A stretch of DNA of 7,513 nucleotides from a virus (lineage: Duplodnaviria > Heunggongvirae > Uroviricota > Caudoviricetes). Where the stretch lies: positions 1 through 7,513 of the IMG/VR virus record IMGVR_UViG_2740892272_000010, one strand, 5' to 3'. The notes beneath the pieces were generated by a model, which saw only the letters and a list, made by a program, of their open reading frames with translations, ran no database searches and was not told the origin of the DNA. Positions 7,400-7,513 of the stretch are shown here, piece by piece. Numbering within the stretch: position 1 is the first letter of the stretch; every line of letters begins with the position of its first letter. A program made the translations under genes and the position numbers.

Positions 7400-7513
7400 G
7401 GTAATGACTCCAACTTATTGATAGTGTTTTATGTTCAGATAATGCCCGATGACTTTGTCATGCAGCTCCACCGATTTTGAGAACGACAGCGACTTCCGTC
7501 CCAGCCGTGCCAG
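7400..7513 (-). mobile_element. IS1 (partial; right end with terminal inverted repeat, continues past the window edge)
   Basis: Plus strand 7400-7513 (GGTAATGACTCCAACTTATTGATAGTGTTTTATGTTCAGATAATGCCCGATGAC...) is the reverse complement of the IS1 right end, including the insB 3' region, as I recall it. Confidence 0.85.

Overview
This window holds two chromosomal core genes (a yedS-like porin fragment and hchA) next to an IS-scarred remnant of a lambdoid prophage, all on the minus strand. I found no CRISPR array, no recognisable defence or toxin-antitoxin operon, and no clearly novel multi-gene system. All identifications are from reading the sequence and from memory of protein and IS families; nothing was searched or computed. 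Reading the minus strand from high to low coordinates: a partial IS1 (7400-7513) truncates the porin gene (7028-7399); hchA follows (5586-6437); 8 bp past its stop begins a 5'-truncated IS2 (4418-5577); the IS2 right end interrupts a prophage replication gene, of which only the last ~35 codons remain (4310-4417). The surviving prophage module is DnaB-family helicase, a small unknown ORF, RusA, a Q-like antiterminator, a PR'/tR'-like promoter-terminator pair, an ORF6N-domain gene with its own promoter and terminator, then four tightly packed tRNA genes (Ile-CAU, Arg-UCU, Thr-UGU, Gly-UCC). The prophage left arm (integrase, immunity, replication initiator) is absent. The most interesting items are the four-tRNA array for rare A-ending codons, the ORF6N cargo gene, and the IS2 deletion junction at the hchA stop codon.
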